From: the human T2T-CHM13v2.0 reference genome, Homo sapiens
Assembly (NCBI RefSeq): GCF_009914755.1
Contig: NC_060936.1
DNA length: 64,000 nt
Strand: one strand, 5' to 3'
The notes below the pieces were generated by a model that was given only the letters and a program-made list of their open reading frames with translations, made no database searches and was not told where the DNA came from. Below are positions 28,229-46,089 of the stretch, in pieces. Made by a program: the position numbers and the translations under genes. The first letter of the stretch is position 1, and every line of letters starts with the position of its first letter.

Positions 28229-30959
28229 TTTACATGAGATCATAGGATAAATACATTATGGCAATTTGTGTATTTCAGTTACTAGATTGTGGTGATATTT
28301 TCATATTTGCAAATTTTTTCTTAATGGCTGCAGTGTTAATGTATCATATATTATGCAGTTTTTCATCTCTTGATGAACAAGAGATTTGCAATTGCAAAAA
28401 AATCTGTAATGAACTTTCTTTAGAACCTTTGTGGACTGGTATATTTCTTAGGTTTAGATTTTTAGATGTAGAATTTTCCTGTCAAATGCATACAGTTTTA
28501 AAATCTGTTAGGTCTTTCAAAAGCTTCTTTGAAAAAATTGTTATGGATTTACATTTTAACCACCAGTGTAATTGTGCTCACTTCCTTACATTTTGCTCCT
28601 TGCATAACTATTTTATATCTTTTGTCATCATACTATGTACATAATAGAAAAGGGCCTGTGTGATTCTTGACTTGGTGGAATTTAAATTATTTCATCATAT
28701 TTTGAGAGATTTTACAGTGAGCTATTCCGCACTCTTCTCCACAGGCCAGGACATTATATAATGACCAGTGGCATTAATTCTCTCTGAACAAACATTTTGT
28801 TGAAAACACTGCCTCAGAACCTTTAAAATCTTGAGAGCTTACAGAGTTTTATGATTACCTTTTGGAATCTTCCTGTGAAAGCTGCCCTTGAAAAACTAAG
28901 TCCTATAATTTTATCATCTAGTGTCTGCTTTTCAGAATTTATTATAGGCATTTCCCTTATGATTTTGGCTGATTTATTTTGTCTTTATTCTCATATAAAA
29001 CATGTCAAAAATACAAAGTAGGAGAATGTTGATGACATATATTGCTAATAATTGCTTTCACGTATTTTCTAGGTAAAAGGTAACACTTGTTTAATGTTAT
29101 TATTAGTGTCATGAATATTATCTACATAAAAATCAGATGAAACAAATGAAACAACTTAGATTTCCCTTATACAATACCCTTTCAATTGTTTTTGTTGTTT
29201 TATGTTATTGACTACTATTTCTCCCCACACTTAAAAAAATCATTATATTGATAGATGAACTGCAAGAAATAGAAAACAATTTGTTCTTGATGATGTTATT
29301 TTAATTCAGGCAATATTTCCCTATGTCCCTTAAATATATAAATATTGATGTTAAAATGGAAGCAGTACATATTTCCTTGTCAGATACCTCATATGAAAAA
29401 TGACTGGAAGAAAGTGTGAACAATAAAAGCAACAGAGCATTTATTGAGCATTTATTATTTGCCTAATATGATGACTTATAAATCTATCATTGATCATATG
29501 TGTATAAAAGTATTAGCTGACAATTTATTTAATGCATTGTTATGTAAATACAGAAATTTGCATATATTTGTAAAATCCTTTAAAATGTGCTAGAGAAATC
29601 AAGAACATCTAGTTCCTTAGCAGATAAAAGTTTATTAATTGAAAATAAAATCTTCTGTATTGATTTTTAAAATGATGAATTGTAGCAAAGAGCTCAGAGA
29701 ATACATATTTTAACTAGGTTTTTAATAAATGCCTTGATGGGTCAAGAAAGACAGATTTCTGCTCTCTCATTCTGATACATGCTTGGCTCATCCTAAATTA
29801 CAGCAATGTTTAATTGCCAGCGAAATTCTCAAGATAAAATTCTCAGCACAACTGCTTGCTAAGCAAAATGAAAAACATAAATTTTATCTGTGCTGAGCAA
29901 ATGCATTTGGAAACTGACTTTGATTTGGCTTGCAGCGTCTTTTGCAGAACAAAGTTTCTGCTGATTCTTTGGAGGTTTTGGTTAAGGTTGAGAGGATAAT
30001 CTGTTTGACAATCAACTGGTCTCCAGGAAGGGTATTCCAAAAAACATGTTTTCTGTATTGTAAACAGAATTGATTCCTTTACTAATAGCTCACATCAATT
30101 CTTTTTTATAAAAACATATTCTTCTCTGTTTATAGGGAATCTAACATTCCAGCTATAATTATTTTGTTACAATTTTATTAAAGGTATTTTTACTTCTAGG
30201 AAAATGATCACATAGAACAAAACATATGCCCATTTCAATTTATCCAATAAAGTTCATTTCAGTCACTGCCATGTTCCTTGTATTCTCAAATAACATGTTT
30301 TCTGTTTCTCAGTGTGTGGGTTGTCTAAAATTTGTAAGAAGTCAAGTAACGCACATTTATTTTCATGCACTTCCATGCCCACCATTTATTTTTTCTTATA
30401 GTGATTACTTGTTCAAGCAGATAGATTTTTCACATGATTCCACTGGTTTCCTCAATACTTTTTGTCTATTCAGTATGCTAATTCCTAAGCCCTGCTGTAA
30501 ATTACTCTGTTTCTAGTGTTGCCAAAGAAAGGAAATCAGAACAGATGCTACATGCCTTCTTTTACGTACATTGGATTCCCCATTTCTTTTTTTGAACAGG
30601 TTTTCTAATTGTTTAGATTCCCTATTTGTGTTTATTCTTGTTCATACTTGCCTTTTCTTTTTAATTTGAAAGAAAACGGTTGAAAACCAATGGTCAATGC
30701 ACAAGTTGGCTGCTAGTCATGTAATATTTAGTTCCAAGGCATAAGTGTGTTTATTTTCTCTATCGAAATAATTTTTTCCTGAATTCACTACAAACTGATT
30801 TTAACAGGTGGGATTGAACATGTGTTCACTTCCAGTCTTTCCTAAAACTCCAGTGAAATGTAAATAAAGAGATTTTAAAAGGCATAAAATGTCAAGGACA
30901 GATAGAAAACAAGTGACAAACATAGCAGTGATATTTTGAGGCTGGAAAGCAAAAATAGT

Positions 30960-30962
<3 letters not shown>

Positions 30963-30991
<29 letters not shown>
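30963..30991. repeat. (CA)n microsatellite
   Basis: About 14 CA units. Confidence 0.97.
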
Positions 30992-30995
<4 letters not shown>

Positions 30996-31492
30996 AAAAT
31001 CAATTCCCTTTCTTGGTCTTTCTCCTTAGCACTTACTAATGGGCTCTGGTCTATTGCCTGAGTCTTAGCTAGAACAGGATCTACATTAAGGATATGGACA
31101 TGATTCCCAGTAGAAGGTGGAACATATGTTACCATGTCCTGGAATGTGAATCACCATCTTTATCAACTGATGTTACAGTTGATAGAAGTTCAATGTGAAT
31201 ATTAGTTTATGGTATTCTTTTTAATGTAGTTTATAAAATCCATAATAATGTTCCCATTATTCTATATCTTCACAGATAGTGATAATGCAAAGCTTGGAAC
31301 TCTTTTTAGTTCATGCCATTTAACCAGGAAGACACTACTGCTTTTTCTTCTTACACATTGTTTTATTCTGTGCTTAAACTTTATGCTAGACTTTATTTTA
31401 TACTAAACTTTGTATAAACTAGTTTATACCAAACTTTATTTTAACCTTTCATACTAGATAAGTTTAGAGAAAAAATATTTCTTCCAACTTTA

Positions 31493-33040
<1,548 letters not shown>

Positions 33041-33344
33041 TAGATCGGTCTTGGCCAATGAAACATGATCAAACCTAATGTATGAAATTCTGGGTAGAAT
33101 GTTAAAAGCGAACTATTGTTCTGGCACCTTCCTCTTCCCTTCATGCTGGGTGAAATACAGATAAAATCTTGCTATATCTCCAATCTAGTCAATATATTCT
33201 ATAGCTACTGAAGCTAGTCAATATTTCTATACCTAAGGGAAAGAAATTCAAATCAATAATTATATTGCCAACACATATTATGCTAGAGAAATATAGAAGT
33301 TCTATCTTATTTCAGCCATGTTATTGTGTTTTTCTATTATAATC

Positions 33345-33587
33345 TGTTACTGATTGAACTATGTCTCCTTATCCCTCACTTCCCACTTCACATTGAAGTC
33401 CTAATCCCCCATGTGACAGTATTTGGAGATAGGACCTATAAAGAGGTAATAAAGGTTAAGTGAGATCATAAGGTGGGGCTTAAACTTGATAAGACTGTTT
33501 TTATTAGAAGAGGAGACACCAGATCTCTCTCTCCACCCCACCCTGCCTCTGATTGTGCACAGAGGAAAGCCTGGGTGAGGACACAGC
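33345..33587 (+). mobile_element. MLT1A/B LTR, 5' part
   Basis: gtatttggagatagg..taaaggttaagtgagatcataaggtggggc..agaagaggagacacc. Confidence 0.8.
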
Positions 33588-34776
33588 CTTTGATTCTGGG
33601 CTACATGGCTACATAGGAAGTAGCCCAGAATTAAAAATGTGGTTGAAATTGTTGACTTCTCATCTGAGCCCATTGTTTTAAGATGATCTCAAAAGATCGT
33701 ATATTAAGTTGTAGGAGTGGAGGTTAATCATAGACAGGCTGGAAAACAGAATAATACATTTGTTGGGAATAAAGTTTATGCCTGTGGAGATCATTGTCTG
33801 TGGTTACTTCTAAAGAGAGCTAAATGAAAACAAATACAACTGAAATCATCTAAATTTTGAGGCTACAATATTGTCAAATAAATAAGACAGCTCTACCAAC
33901 TTATACATTTTTTTTTTCAAATTCTGTGTCCTACTACTGAAATCCAAATCTGCACTTGTAAAAATATTCCTAAAGCTCTAAGTAAAGGCATGAGTTCCAA
34001 TGGTCCCTCCAGATAAGGCCCCATGAAAAACTGGAAAAGGAAGCACAACATAGAGGGACAGGCCAGGGGCCATGGAGAAGAATATTGGGTTAGGGAGTTT
34101 TTCTAATGAACCCAAAGCAAGAGCTTCCAAAGGGACTATATAAGAAATTTACTGCATTGTAAAGGCAGGAACTCCTATACAAATCCAGTCTGCAAAATTG
34201 AGTAATTGCAAAAAACAAATGATTTCTTAATGTTTGCATTTATCACTTCAGAGTGTTTGCTTTTTTTTAAATGCAGTTATTCTATTCCTTTTCCATTATT
34301 CTATAGTGGTGGCGAAGAGGGAAAATATGCTGCTTTTTATAGGTTTAATTTGTAGGTGGATGGACTACGAAGAGCCATGGGGCCTTTTGAAATAAAACTT
34401 TGCAATTCTCTGAAAACCTTAACTTTGAGCTAAACTCAGGAACAGTATATAATTCTGCATGGAAGATAGCATATATGCACATTTGGATGACTCAAGATGT
34501 ACACTGTATCAGGAACTGCAAATTGCCCTTTAATATCTATTCTCGATTCATTATGTAGTAACAGAAATATTTATCTTTAAGAGAGCACATGGTTAAATGG
34601 GTGACAAGAATAAATCTAAATTTCCAGAACAACTTGAATCTAACTGGAACCAAGCTCTAAGTTTGGGTTAACTTCTTGATTGTGAAGTTAAATCGAAAGG
34701 GATTTGTGTATAGGGTTAATATACATATCCAAACATGGTGAACACAGCACAGAACTTCCTGCTAATCAGTGGTTCA

Positions 34777-35254
34777 CAGCCATATCGTCCAATAGAGAAG
34801 ACACTGAATACTTGTGGCTTTTGAGATTTGAAGTTTGGCAAGAGTAATAAAGAAACTGAATTTAAAATTTTATCGAATTTGAATGCTTAGAGATTGAAAT
34901 TAAACACAGTTATTGAAAAATATTTAAATATGTTTAGAAAGACTTGGATATGTACACCTTTTTCAATTGTCAATTTTATAAAATCTAAACATAATTCAAT
35001 CATTTTCAATAAAAATTTAGTCTACTTTGAGACATCCTATAAGTGTAAAACACCATTTTAAAGACTTAGTACAAAACTGTAAAATATTTTATTAAAATTT
35101 TTGTATTGTTGTGAAATTAATAACATTTTAAATGATTTAGATCAAATAAAATGTTACTAAACTAATCTTACTGATTTCTATTTAAATAATGTGGCAACTA
35201 GAATGTTTTAAATTGTACATGTGTTTTCTATTCTATTTTTATTGGTCATCACTG
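34777..35254. mobile_element. MER3/MER33/Charlie5-type hAT remnant
   Basis: cagc..gtccaatag terminus, gaaactgaattt, aaagacttagtac, attggtcatcactg terminus. Confidence 0.65.
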
Positions 35255-37599
35255 CTCTATAACTAAAATGAGATCAACTTGGCCTCATTGTTGCAATATA
35301 GAGGCCTTAACTACACCTCCATTACTCTCTGTGTTCCTTCCCATTAGCTGAAATGAGGAAATGAAGGGGATCATGTGGCAAGATTAACATCCTAAAGATG
35401 GCAGAGCAACCAGAGAGAATCTAGATTCATCACACATTTTAGAGCTGAGCTGCCAGACTTTTACAGGACAGAGAGCCAAATCTCTATCCAATTTAAAACC
35501 TTGGTTTTCAGATCTCTGTTGTAGGCAGCAAATGTAAATCTTAACCAAAATAAATAAGACAGAGAGTGAAATAGATAAATCCCAGTACCCCCAAACCCTG
35601 TGATTATTAAGACACTTTAGAACTCAAAAATAAGCCCAACAATAACATGTATTATTTTTGGATCATTAAATGCAAATTCAGCAATTTAGTTTAGAGGGAT
35701 ACATTAAAGGTTGTGCACATAAAGGGCTCTCTAACTTAATTAATCCTAGTTAGAAAATCAAACGTACCCAGTATCAGAAAAATGTCAAATGTATATTCTA
35801 TTATTCAGACTGCATTTTGTTGAGGTATCAAAGGAGTGTGGAACAGGCTGGTTCCTGGCTGCAAGAAGTTAGATAGGGGAAAGAAAAGCACTTAGCTGAC
35901 CTATCTGGCAAAGCCAGCAGATAGGTTTAGAAATCCATTTATTTAACTATATATCTCAAAAGTTAATCCAGTGAGGTCATACAAGAAAAAAGCTTTCTCA
36001 GTTAAGTTATTTTGCAACATTAAGTGTTATATGCTTTTATCAAATATTTAAAATACACATTAACTTTTTAATGTTTCAGGAAGATTTGCAGGAAACTCAT
36101 TTAGCTGTATTAATTTAATATTTTCCAATTTCATTTAAACATCATACACTATCTTCTCTCTTTTTTTCCACATAGCACTATATATTTCTGGAGGAACTGG
36201 GGCTTACTAGAACATGTATTGGGAAATACTAGTCAAGAAATGAAGAACTTGACATCTAATGTTTGACTAAAACTGCCAAAGACGGCCTAAATTCTTGTTG
36301 GATCACGATAATTTATTTTTTTCTTTGTGTTTTTAGTTGATGCTTACCAAATAAGGATTTTTCCATCAGTTGATGACAATGGCTTCTAACTTCTATTTGA
36401 GAATTAATTTAATATCTTGGAAACTGACTCCATAGTCAGCCAGGTTTCTATTTGTGTTGACTCATCTATATTCCTCAGAACTAATTGTAGTTGGGAAGCT
36501 AGCTGTGAGTGGTTGTTGTCTATTTCATATAACTTCTAATTAATTGATTGCTGGGTTATTAACCTTGAGATCAGCTGTGGCCTTTTATTCTTTGGAAATA
36601 TAGGTAAATTTAGGTAAAAAACTCAATTCTATGGCCTAAAAGATTTAAACTCCTTCCTAGGATGTCTGAATTACTATTGGGCTCATTTGCTCATCAGTCT
36701 GCCTTTGTTTATTTTTTTTGCATCCATAATTTCGTTTCTCCTATTTAATGTCATTATCGATGTGAAATCACTTGCTTACAAGTTTCTATATAACCCAAAA
36801 CCACTAATACGAAGGATGTATAAGTCTGGGGTCATGGGTTAACATCTTTGAACTTATTACTTCCTGACGATTCTCTTGCTTCCTACTTTTATCTCATTTT
36901 TTGATATTCTTTCTCTTCCCCTATTCTTTTGAGAACAATTTTTCCCCATCATACATAGCAGTAACGTTCCCTATCTCTATTGATAACAAGAACAGTCATC
37001 TCAAGTAGATTCTCAAAGTAATTCTTTGTAGTCATTTACTGTTCTTTCAAAAAGCACTCCTAAAAAGTAGAATTTTCTTCATTATTTGCAAGAAGAGCAA
37101 AGGCAAGCCAGAAGGTAGATTACATATTTATTCATATCTATCTGTGTGATAGAAGTCAAAAAGGAGGTCAAAGTATGGAACAGTCAATGTTAGTAAGGAG
37201 AATTGTTAGTAAAGTCCATGTGAGTAAAATTTGCTTCAAAAATAATATTTTGGTGCCACTCTCAGATATAAAGAGCTTGAAATAGCTCAAAACAACCTCA
37301 AAGCTTCAATTTCATGACATTTCTTGAACCCATTAAAGTGCAAAGGTTATAGGGCAATTAACACTGTAACCTAAGAAGAGGTAGGTTCCTGAAAATACAG
37401 ATAAGATGTGAATATGCACTTACTTGGGCAAGGTCCATGTGGACATTGATAATAGGTGTTCAGCTAGGGTGACTGGTGAACTGGTAAAGGCCAGCTGAGT
37501 GTGCACTGGGGAGAGATGGGGAAGCTTGGTGCTATAAAAAGACAAGAAGTATGCACCTTTTTCTCCCAGGAAGCTTTATCAATCATTCACAGAAAATAC

Positions 37600-38830
37600 C
37601 AAAAGAGTTCTAAAAATGTCTCCATTCTTGTTCAGAACTAGAAATAAGGAACAGCAGCAACTGTGAAAGAAACAGAAAACTCTACTAGACCCTTTTTTCC
37701 TATCACCCCTATAGAATAAAAGCCTTAATTTGTGGTAAAAGAAAAAAAAAAGACGGTTGCACTTAGGGCACTGGTGAAAATTCACTGCATTTAGGGGAAG
37801 AGGAAAGGTGGGGGAAAAAAAAAACTCTACCCTGTTTGGAGGAGGGAAGGAATAAGTTTGGGGCTCAGATGAATATTAAGGAGGAAGTTGAGAAGAACAC
37901 TGTAACAATAGATGAAATAAGTGAAGATAAAATATCTTTTTTCTAATTTTTAATTTCTTTCAAGATTACTCACTTTCTAATAAATTATTGCAATATATTT
38001 TACATTTTTAGCATGTATAAACAGAAGATAATATGATGGTAGTAGAACATAGAATGAGAGAAAGGAATTGGGAATATATTTTCATAATTGGAAATATACA
38101 CATGAAGCAGTGAATATACATGTGTCTTATATATAAAGATATATGTAGATTAAAAATAAAAGGCTAGAAAAAGATAAACTATGTGAACACCATTCCACAG
38201 GAAGGTGAGGTAAATATAGTAAATTAAAGATGGTCTCATTTTAATTAAAATGTATATTAAAACTATAGATATCTACTAATTTTTAAAGTTTATAAATATT
38301 AGGTTAATAAATAAGTTAAAATAAAATTATAAAAAGTCTCAATTACTCAAGACAAGGCAAAATATAAAGAAAAACCCTATTACAAATAGAAAATAGCTAG
38401 GAATAAAATAGACACAATTATATCAATGGCATTAATGTCAATAGTCTAAACACAACAGTTAGAACACAGAGAAATTAAAACAATGAAAAAGCAAGATCTA
38501 ACTATGCTAGCTGCAAAAAAAAAATTTCACTTTAAATACAGATAAATATATAGGTTAAAAAGAAAAAGCTAAAAATAGACAAACTATGTGAATACTATCC
38601 CAAAGAAAGTTAGGTTTAGACAAAGTAGAATTCAGATCAAGAAATATTATCAGGGATAATGATGGGCATTACATAACGCCAAAGGGAAAATTTTCTAAGA
38701 AGGCATTACATTATTAAATGTGTATTTACATAACACCAGAACTTCAAAATAGTGAGGAGGAAATGTATATAGCAGAAAAGATAAATAGACAAATATAAAA
38801 CAAAACATGAAGACTTTAGAATTATTTTCT
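37600..38830 (+). mobile_element. Old L1M fragments (5' region, inter-ORF, ORF2 start)
   Basis: aagcaagatctaactatgc, gacaaagtagaattcaga, gggcattacata resemble the L1M ORF2 5' end. Confidence 0.55.
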
Positions 38831-39348
38831 TACATAGGATGAGAAAATGAATAAACTGTTTCATTAATGTTAATTTTCTCTTTTTGGTTTCTCTTCTAAA
38901 AGGTATCTATAATGCAACTCTGCCCATAGGAAAAAAATATATTAGTTTAGTTGATGAACTCCAAAATATTTTTCAAAAGCAAATAGTTGAGTGGTAACAT
39001 CGGTGAAATGGAAGACTAGGTAGACCCAAGGGCTTGTCTTTTCAGATAAAAACATTAAGCAAAAACTGTTAGAATCAACTTTGTCAGAATTCTAGAAAAA
39101 GTCAAAGGCTTATAGCAACCAAGTAAACATAGAATGAAGAAAAAAACAACTTAAAATGATAGAAAAGCTTTCAGCAACTTTTACTTGGACATTTTATTTA
39201 CCATTGTACATCACCATGCCTTTACTTCTGGCTGATCTTGAGTTTAGCACAAGCAGGAAGTAAATCTACGGTAGAGTTGCAAACAGCTTGGATAAGTGTT
39301 AAAGGAGTGTTCCAACACAGAAGCAATCTACAAAGACTAGGAGAACTG

Positions 39349-39435
39349 TTTCCCTCCCTCCCTCCTTCCCTTCCTTCCTCCCTTCCTTCCTTCTTCTTTC
39401 TTTCCCTTTCTTTCTTTCTCTTTCTTTCTTTCTTT

Positions 39436-39460
<25 letters not shown>
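39349..39460. repeat. Polypyrimidine (CCTT/TTTC)n plus (TTTTA)n tract at an L1 tail
   Basis: Direct inspection. Confidence 0.9.
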
Positions 39461-41415
<1,955 letters not shown>

Positions 41416-42093
41416 TGAACAAAGAGCTAAAGGACCATGAGAACAATGTCTCAATAAATAGAGTATATTGATAAAGAAACAGAACTTATATAAAGTGACA
41501 AAACAGTAATTATGGAGGGGCTAAGTACAATGACATGAATGAAAAACTAGTTTGTGAGTGTCTACAGCAGATTTGAGCAAGAAGAATCACCAGAAAATTT
41601 TAAATTAGTTTATTTGAAATTATCTAGTCTGAAAGCAAAATTGAGAAGAATTTAGAAAAATGGAAGAACCTAAGAGAATTGCGGGATACCATAAAGCTTA
41701 TCAACATATGTATAACAGTGACCTTAGAAGGAGAGGAAAGAGAAAAAGAGACAATATTTAAAGAAATCATGACTGAAAACTTCCCAAATTTGATAAACGA
41801 CATAAATTTACACATCAAAGAAGCTCAGCAGACTCCAAGAGGGATAAACAGATATCTATACCGAGATGCATTTATAAGCAAGGAGCTGAAAGTGAAAAAG
41901 AAAGAGAAACATCTTTAAGTGAGAAAGAAAGAAGGCAAATGTCACACACCAGTGATCCTCAATAAGATTATCAGTCTTGGTTAAAGATTTCTCATAGAAA
42001 CCAGAGGCCAGAAAGCAGTAGAATTACATATTTAAATTACTGAAGAAACCCCTGTTAATCAAGTATTCTATATTTGCCAAACCTATTCTTCAA

Positions 42094-42187
42094 AAATAAA
42101 GAAAAAACTTTTGTTTATTTCCAAATAAAGAAAAAACTTTTGTTTATTTCCAAATAAAGAAAAAACTTTTGTTTATTTCCAAATAAA
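42094..42187. repeat. Perfect 29-bp tandem repeat, 3.2 copies
   Basis: aaataaagaaaaaacttttgtttatttcc starting at 42094, 42123 and 42152. Confidence 0.97.
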
Positions 42188-42646
42188 TAAAAGCATGGGG
42201 AGTTTATTAGTAGCAAATCCTTCCTACAAGCAATGCTAAAGGCAGTCTTCCAGGCAGAAATAAAAGGATACCTGACAGTAACTTGGAGTCATACAAAGAG
42301 AAAAAGAACATCGGGACAGGTAACTACATAGGTAAATTTTAAGAGTCAGTTTTATTATATTTTTGGTAGCTTTTTTCCCATTATTTAAAAGACACATGTA
42401 TAAGATAATAATTATAAATCTACATTAATCTGCACACAATGTAAAGATATAATTTATGGCACAACAACATTAAGTAGAAGTATAAAGATAGATATTTTGT
42501 TATTAATTCAATCTAGATTGGTATAAATTTAAGATGTTTACTAACCCACATAAGAAAAAAAACTGAAAAATAAATACGGAAAAGGAAATGAAGAGTAAAT
42601 TTAAAAGGTTCCACAGAAAAAAAATCAATCAAAACAATCTCAAACA

Positions 42647-43990
42647 TACAGAGCCTCCCACTCCATTCTGAGCCACCTAAAGCTGAGAGTGGAGTGACAC
42701 AAGCACCCCTGTGATCGTCACTGCTATGATTGTGCTGGGTCAGACCTGAAGCCAGCACAGCCACTGGGTCTTGCCTGAGACCTGCTACAACCATTCCCTG
42801 ACTACTGCCTATGTGCCTATGTTCACTCAAGGCCCTGGGCTTTACAATTAGCAGGTGGCAAAGCCAGCCAGGCCTGTGTCCTTCCCTTCAGGGTGGTGAG
42901 GTCCCCCAGGCTGGGTCCAGGAGTGCTGTCCAGGAGTCAAGGACTACAGTCAAAAGCCTTAGAAATATACCCAGTATTCTATTGTATTATGGCTGAGCTG
43001 CCACTCGAACCACAATACGCAGTCCTTTCTACTCTTCCTTCCTCTTTCCAAAGGTAGAGGAGCCTCATACCATAACCACTGCCAACTCTGGCCATGAGGA
43101 GTACTGCCGGATTACCACCAATGTTCCTTTAAAGCCCATGGTCACTTAAATCAGCTTGTGGTGAATGCTGCCTGGCCTGGAACTCACCCTTCAAAGCAGT
43201 TGGCTCCCCTCTGGCCCAGGACAGGTCCAGAAATGCCATCCAAGAGTCAAGTCCTGAAACTGCAGACCCCAAGTGCCCACTTGGTGCTCTGCTCCCCTGT
43301 GCGGTGTTTCCCCTTTACTATTCCCTCTGCTTTTCTTAGGAAGGAGTTTTGCCCCATGGCCACTAGATCTGGTGAGGTGCTGAGTCTCCCTTAAAGCCAT
43401 CAAGTCTTGGAGACTCACCAAGAGCCTTGTAGTACCTGGCTATTGCTGCTGGTTATTCAGGGCCCAAAGGCTCTTCAGTCAGCAGGTGATAAACCCTGGG
43501 AGGACTGGGTCTTTTCCTTTAAAGCAGCAGGTTCCCTTCTGTCCCAGGGTGTGTCTAGAAATGTAGTCTGGTACCTAGGGCTTGGAATGGGGGCTTCATG
43601 ACCCTGACCAGTGCCCTAACCTGCTGTGGCTGAGCTGATATCTAACATGCAAGACAAAGTCTTTCCCTGTCTTCTGTCTCCTCTCCTCAAACAGAAGAAA
43701 GGCAACTCTTTTGGAGCCAGCAGCTGTGCAGACTTAGGTTAGAAGAGGGGTGATGCCAACATTCCCTTGACTGCCCAAGCTGGTGTCTCAAAATGTCACG
43801 TGCCCCCTAGTTCACTGTCTCTGGGCCTAGTTCAGCCCCAGGACTCACCTAAGAGTTGCAGTCCTAATGGCTTAGACTTCCTTCCAAGTTTACTTACAGA
43901 CCAAGAGCACTTTGGTTCTTGGTGGTGAGGTTTGCAAGCACTCAAGTTGGGATCACTGGGATCGAAAATTCCCCTCTGGCTAGGGCTGGC
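42647..43990 (-). mobile_element. Antisense L1 5'UTR-type segment (L1M1/L1MA/L1PB-like)
   Basis: GC-richer block with gggtcagacctgaagccagcacag, tcactcaaggccc, cctctggctagggctgg motifs. Confidence 0.7.
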
Positions 43991-46089
43991 TTCAACTAGA
44001 CTGACAAAGAAAAATAGAAAGAAGCTTCAAATTACTAAAATCAGAAACGAAAGTGAAGACATTGCTACTGACCTTACTGAAATTAAAAAAAAAATTATAG
44101 AAGTTCACGAATTGGAAGATTTAATATTGTTAAGATGGTAATCCTACTCAAAGCAACCTATAGATCCAATGCAATCCCCATTAAGATTCCAATGGCTTTC
44201 TTTGTTAAAGTGAAAAAACTGATCCTTAAATTCATATGAAGTTGCAAGGAGCTCCAAATAGCCAAAATAATACTGAAAAGTAAGAACACATACAGAGGAC
44301 TGCAGTTTTTCATTTCAAAACTTACTAAAAAACTGCCATGTTCAAAATAAGGTAGTACTGGAATGAAGATAGATATATGGACTATTAGAATAGAATTGAA
44401 AGTCCGGAAATAAATTCATACCTCTGAATAATTTATTTTCAGCAGGGATGCCAAGACCACTTAATAAGGAAATGAGTAGCCTTTTCACAAATAATGCTGG
44501 ACATCTGAACATCCACAAGCAAAAGAAGACAGTTGGACCCTTACAACTTATATTAAAATTAACTCAAAATGTACCAGTGACCTAATGGGCAACTTATGGG
44601 TAGAGCTAAAATCATAAAACTCTTAGAAGAAAACATAGCTAAATCTTTGTAACCTTGGATTTGCCAGTAGATTCTTAAATATGACACTTAAAGTATAAGC
44701 AACAGAAGAAAAAATAGATAAGTTGGATTCCATAGAAATGAAAAAGTTGAAGGCATCAAAAACATTATTAAAAAAGTGAAAAGGCAGCCTACAAGTTTTG
44801 AGAAAATACTTGTGAATCATATTTGCCTTTGATAATTGTGTAGTATCCAGAAGATATAAAAACATCTTATAACTCAAAAACAAAAAGACAAACAACCTAA
44901 TTAAAAATATTCAAAGGACTTGAATAGACATTTCTCCAAAGGGGATGTGCAAACGGCCAACAAACACATGATAAAGTGTGTAAAATTATTAGGTATTAGG
45001 GAAATGCAAATCAAAATCACAACGAGATACTGCTTCACAACTACTTGGATGAATATAATAAAAATATAAAATAAAAGGGTCAGAGAGTATGTGGGAAATA
45101 GAAACCCTTGTACATTGCTACTGGGAATGTAAAATGGTGCAACTGCTGTGGAAAATATGTTCACGGTTCTTCAAGAAACTAAAACATAGAATTCCCACTT
45201 GACCCAATAATTCCTCTCCTACATGTATACCCAAATGAATAAAAACCAGGCACTCAAACAAATTCTTATTTATGAATATTTGTAACAACAGCACTATTTT
45301 AAATAGCCAAAAGGTAGAAACAACTAAAATGTCCATCACAACATGAATGGGTAAATTAAATGTGATATATACATACAATGAAATATTTTCAACTATAAAA
45401 ATGAATAAAGTACCAGTAATTCATGCTACAATATCAATGAACCTTGAAAACGCAATGCTAAGTGAAATAAACAAGCACAAAAGAAAAACATTGCATAATT
45501 CCATGTGTATAAAATGTCCAGAATATACGTCTGTCTATGGAGACACAAAGCACATTGCTAATTACCAGGGTCAGGAGGTAGGAGGAAATGTCAATGACTG
45601 CTTAATGGGTAGTAGGCCTTCTTTTGGGGTGAATAATTTGTTTTGGAACTTGATATGAGAATAATTGATATTAAATGCCACTTTAAAATGACATTTAAAA
45701 TCTGAAAGAAAACAGCCAATTTTATGTTATTTGAATTTTATCAAGTTTTAAAAACCCCATAAACTATATGAAGCCATAAATCATCAAGCTGTTGATTACT
45801 TAATAATACGGAGGAAATGTCCATGATATAAAGTTAAGTATACATAGAAGTTCACTAACCTGTTCATTCAGTATAGCCAAGAATTATTATAGCATAGATA
45901 TTCTTATATATTCATCTTGAATAGCAGAAATATATCAAATTTTAATAATTATCTCTGGTTAGTACTGGGATTTGGGTAATTTTCATTTTCATCTTCTTAA
46001 TGTTTTTAACTTTCTGATTTTTATTTATTAAACATGCATTGTTTTCTATAAAAAAGACAATAGTCATTATTTAAAAAGGAAAAAAATGT

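Noticed and set aside
29842-29970. Cluster of Maf-like TGCTGA half-sites and a 9-bp inverted repeat
   Set aside because: Short motifs occur by chance; enhancer function cannot be supported without conservation or chromatin data.
42094-42187. CRISPR-like 29-bp palindromic repeats
   Set aside because: No spacers, human DNA, no cas genes; it is a tandem repeat.
42647-43990. GC-richer block as a promoter or CpG island
   Set aside because: CpG-poor and resembles an old antisense L1 5'UTR.
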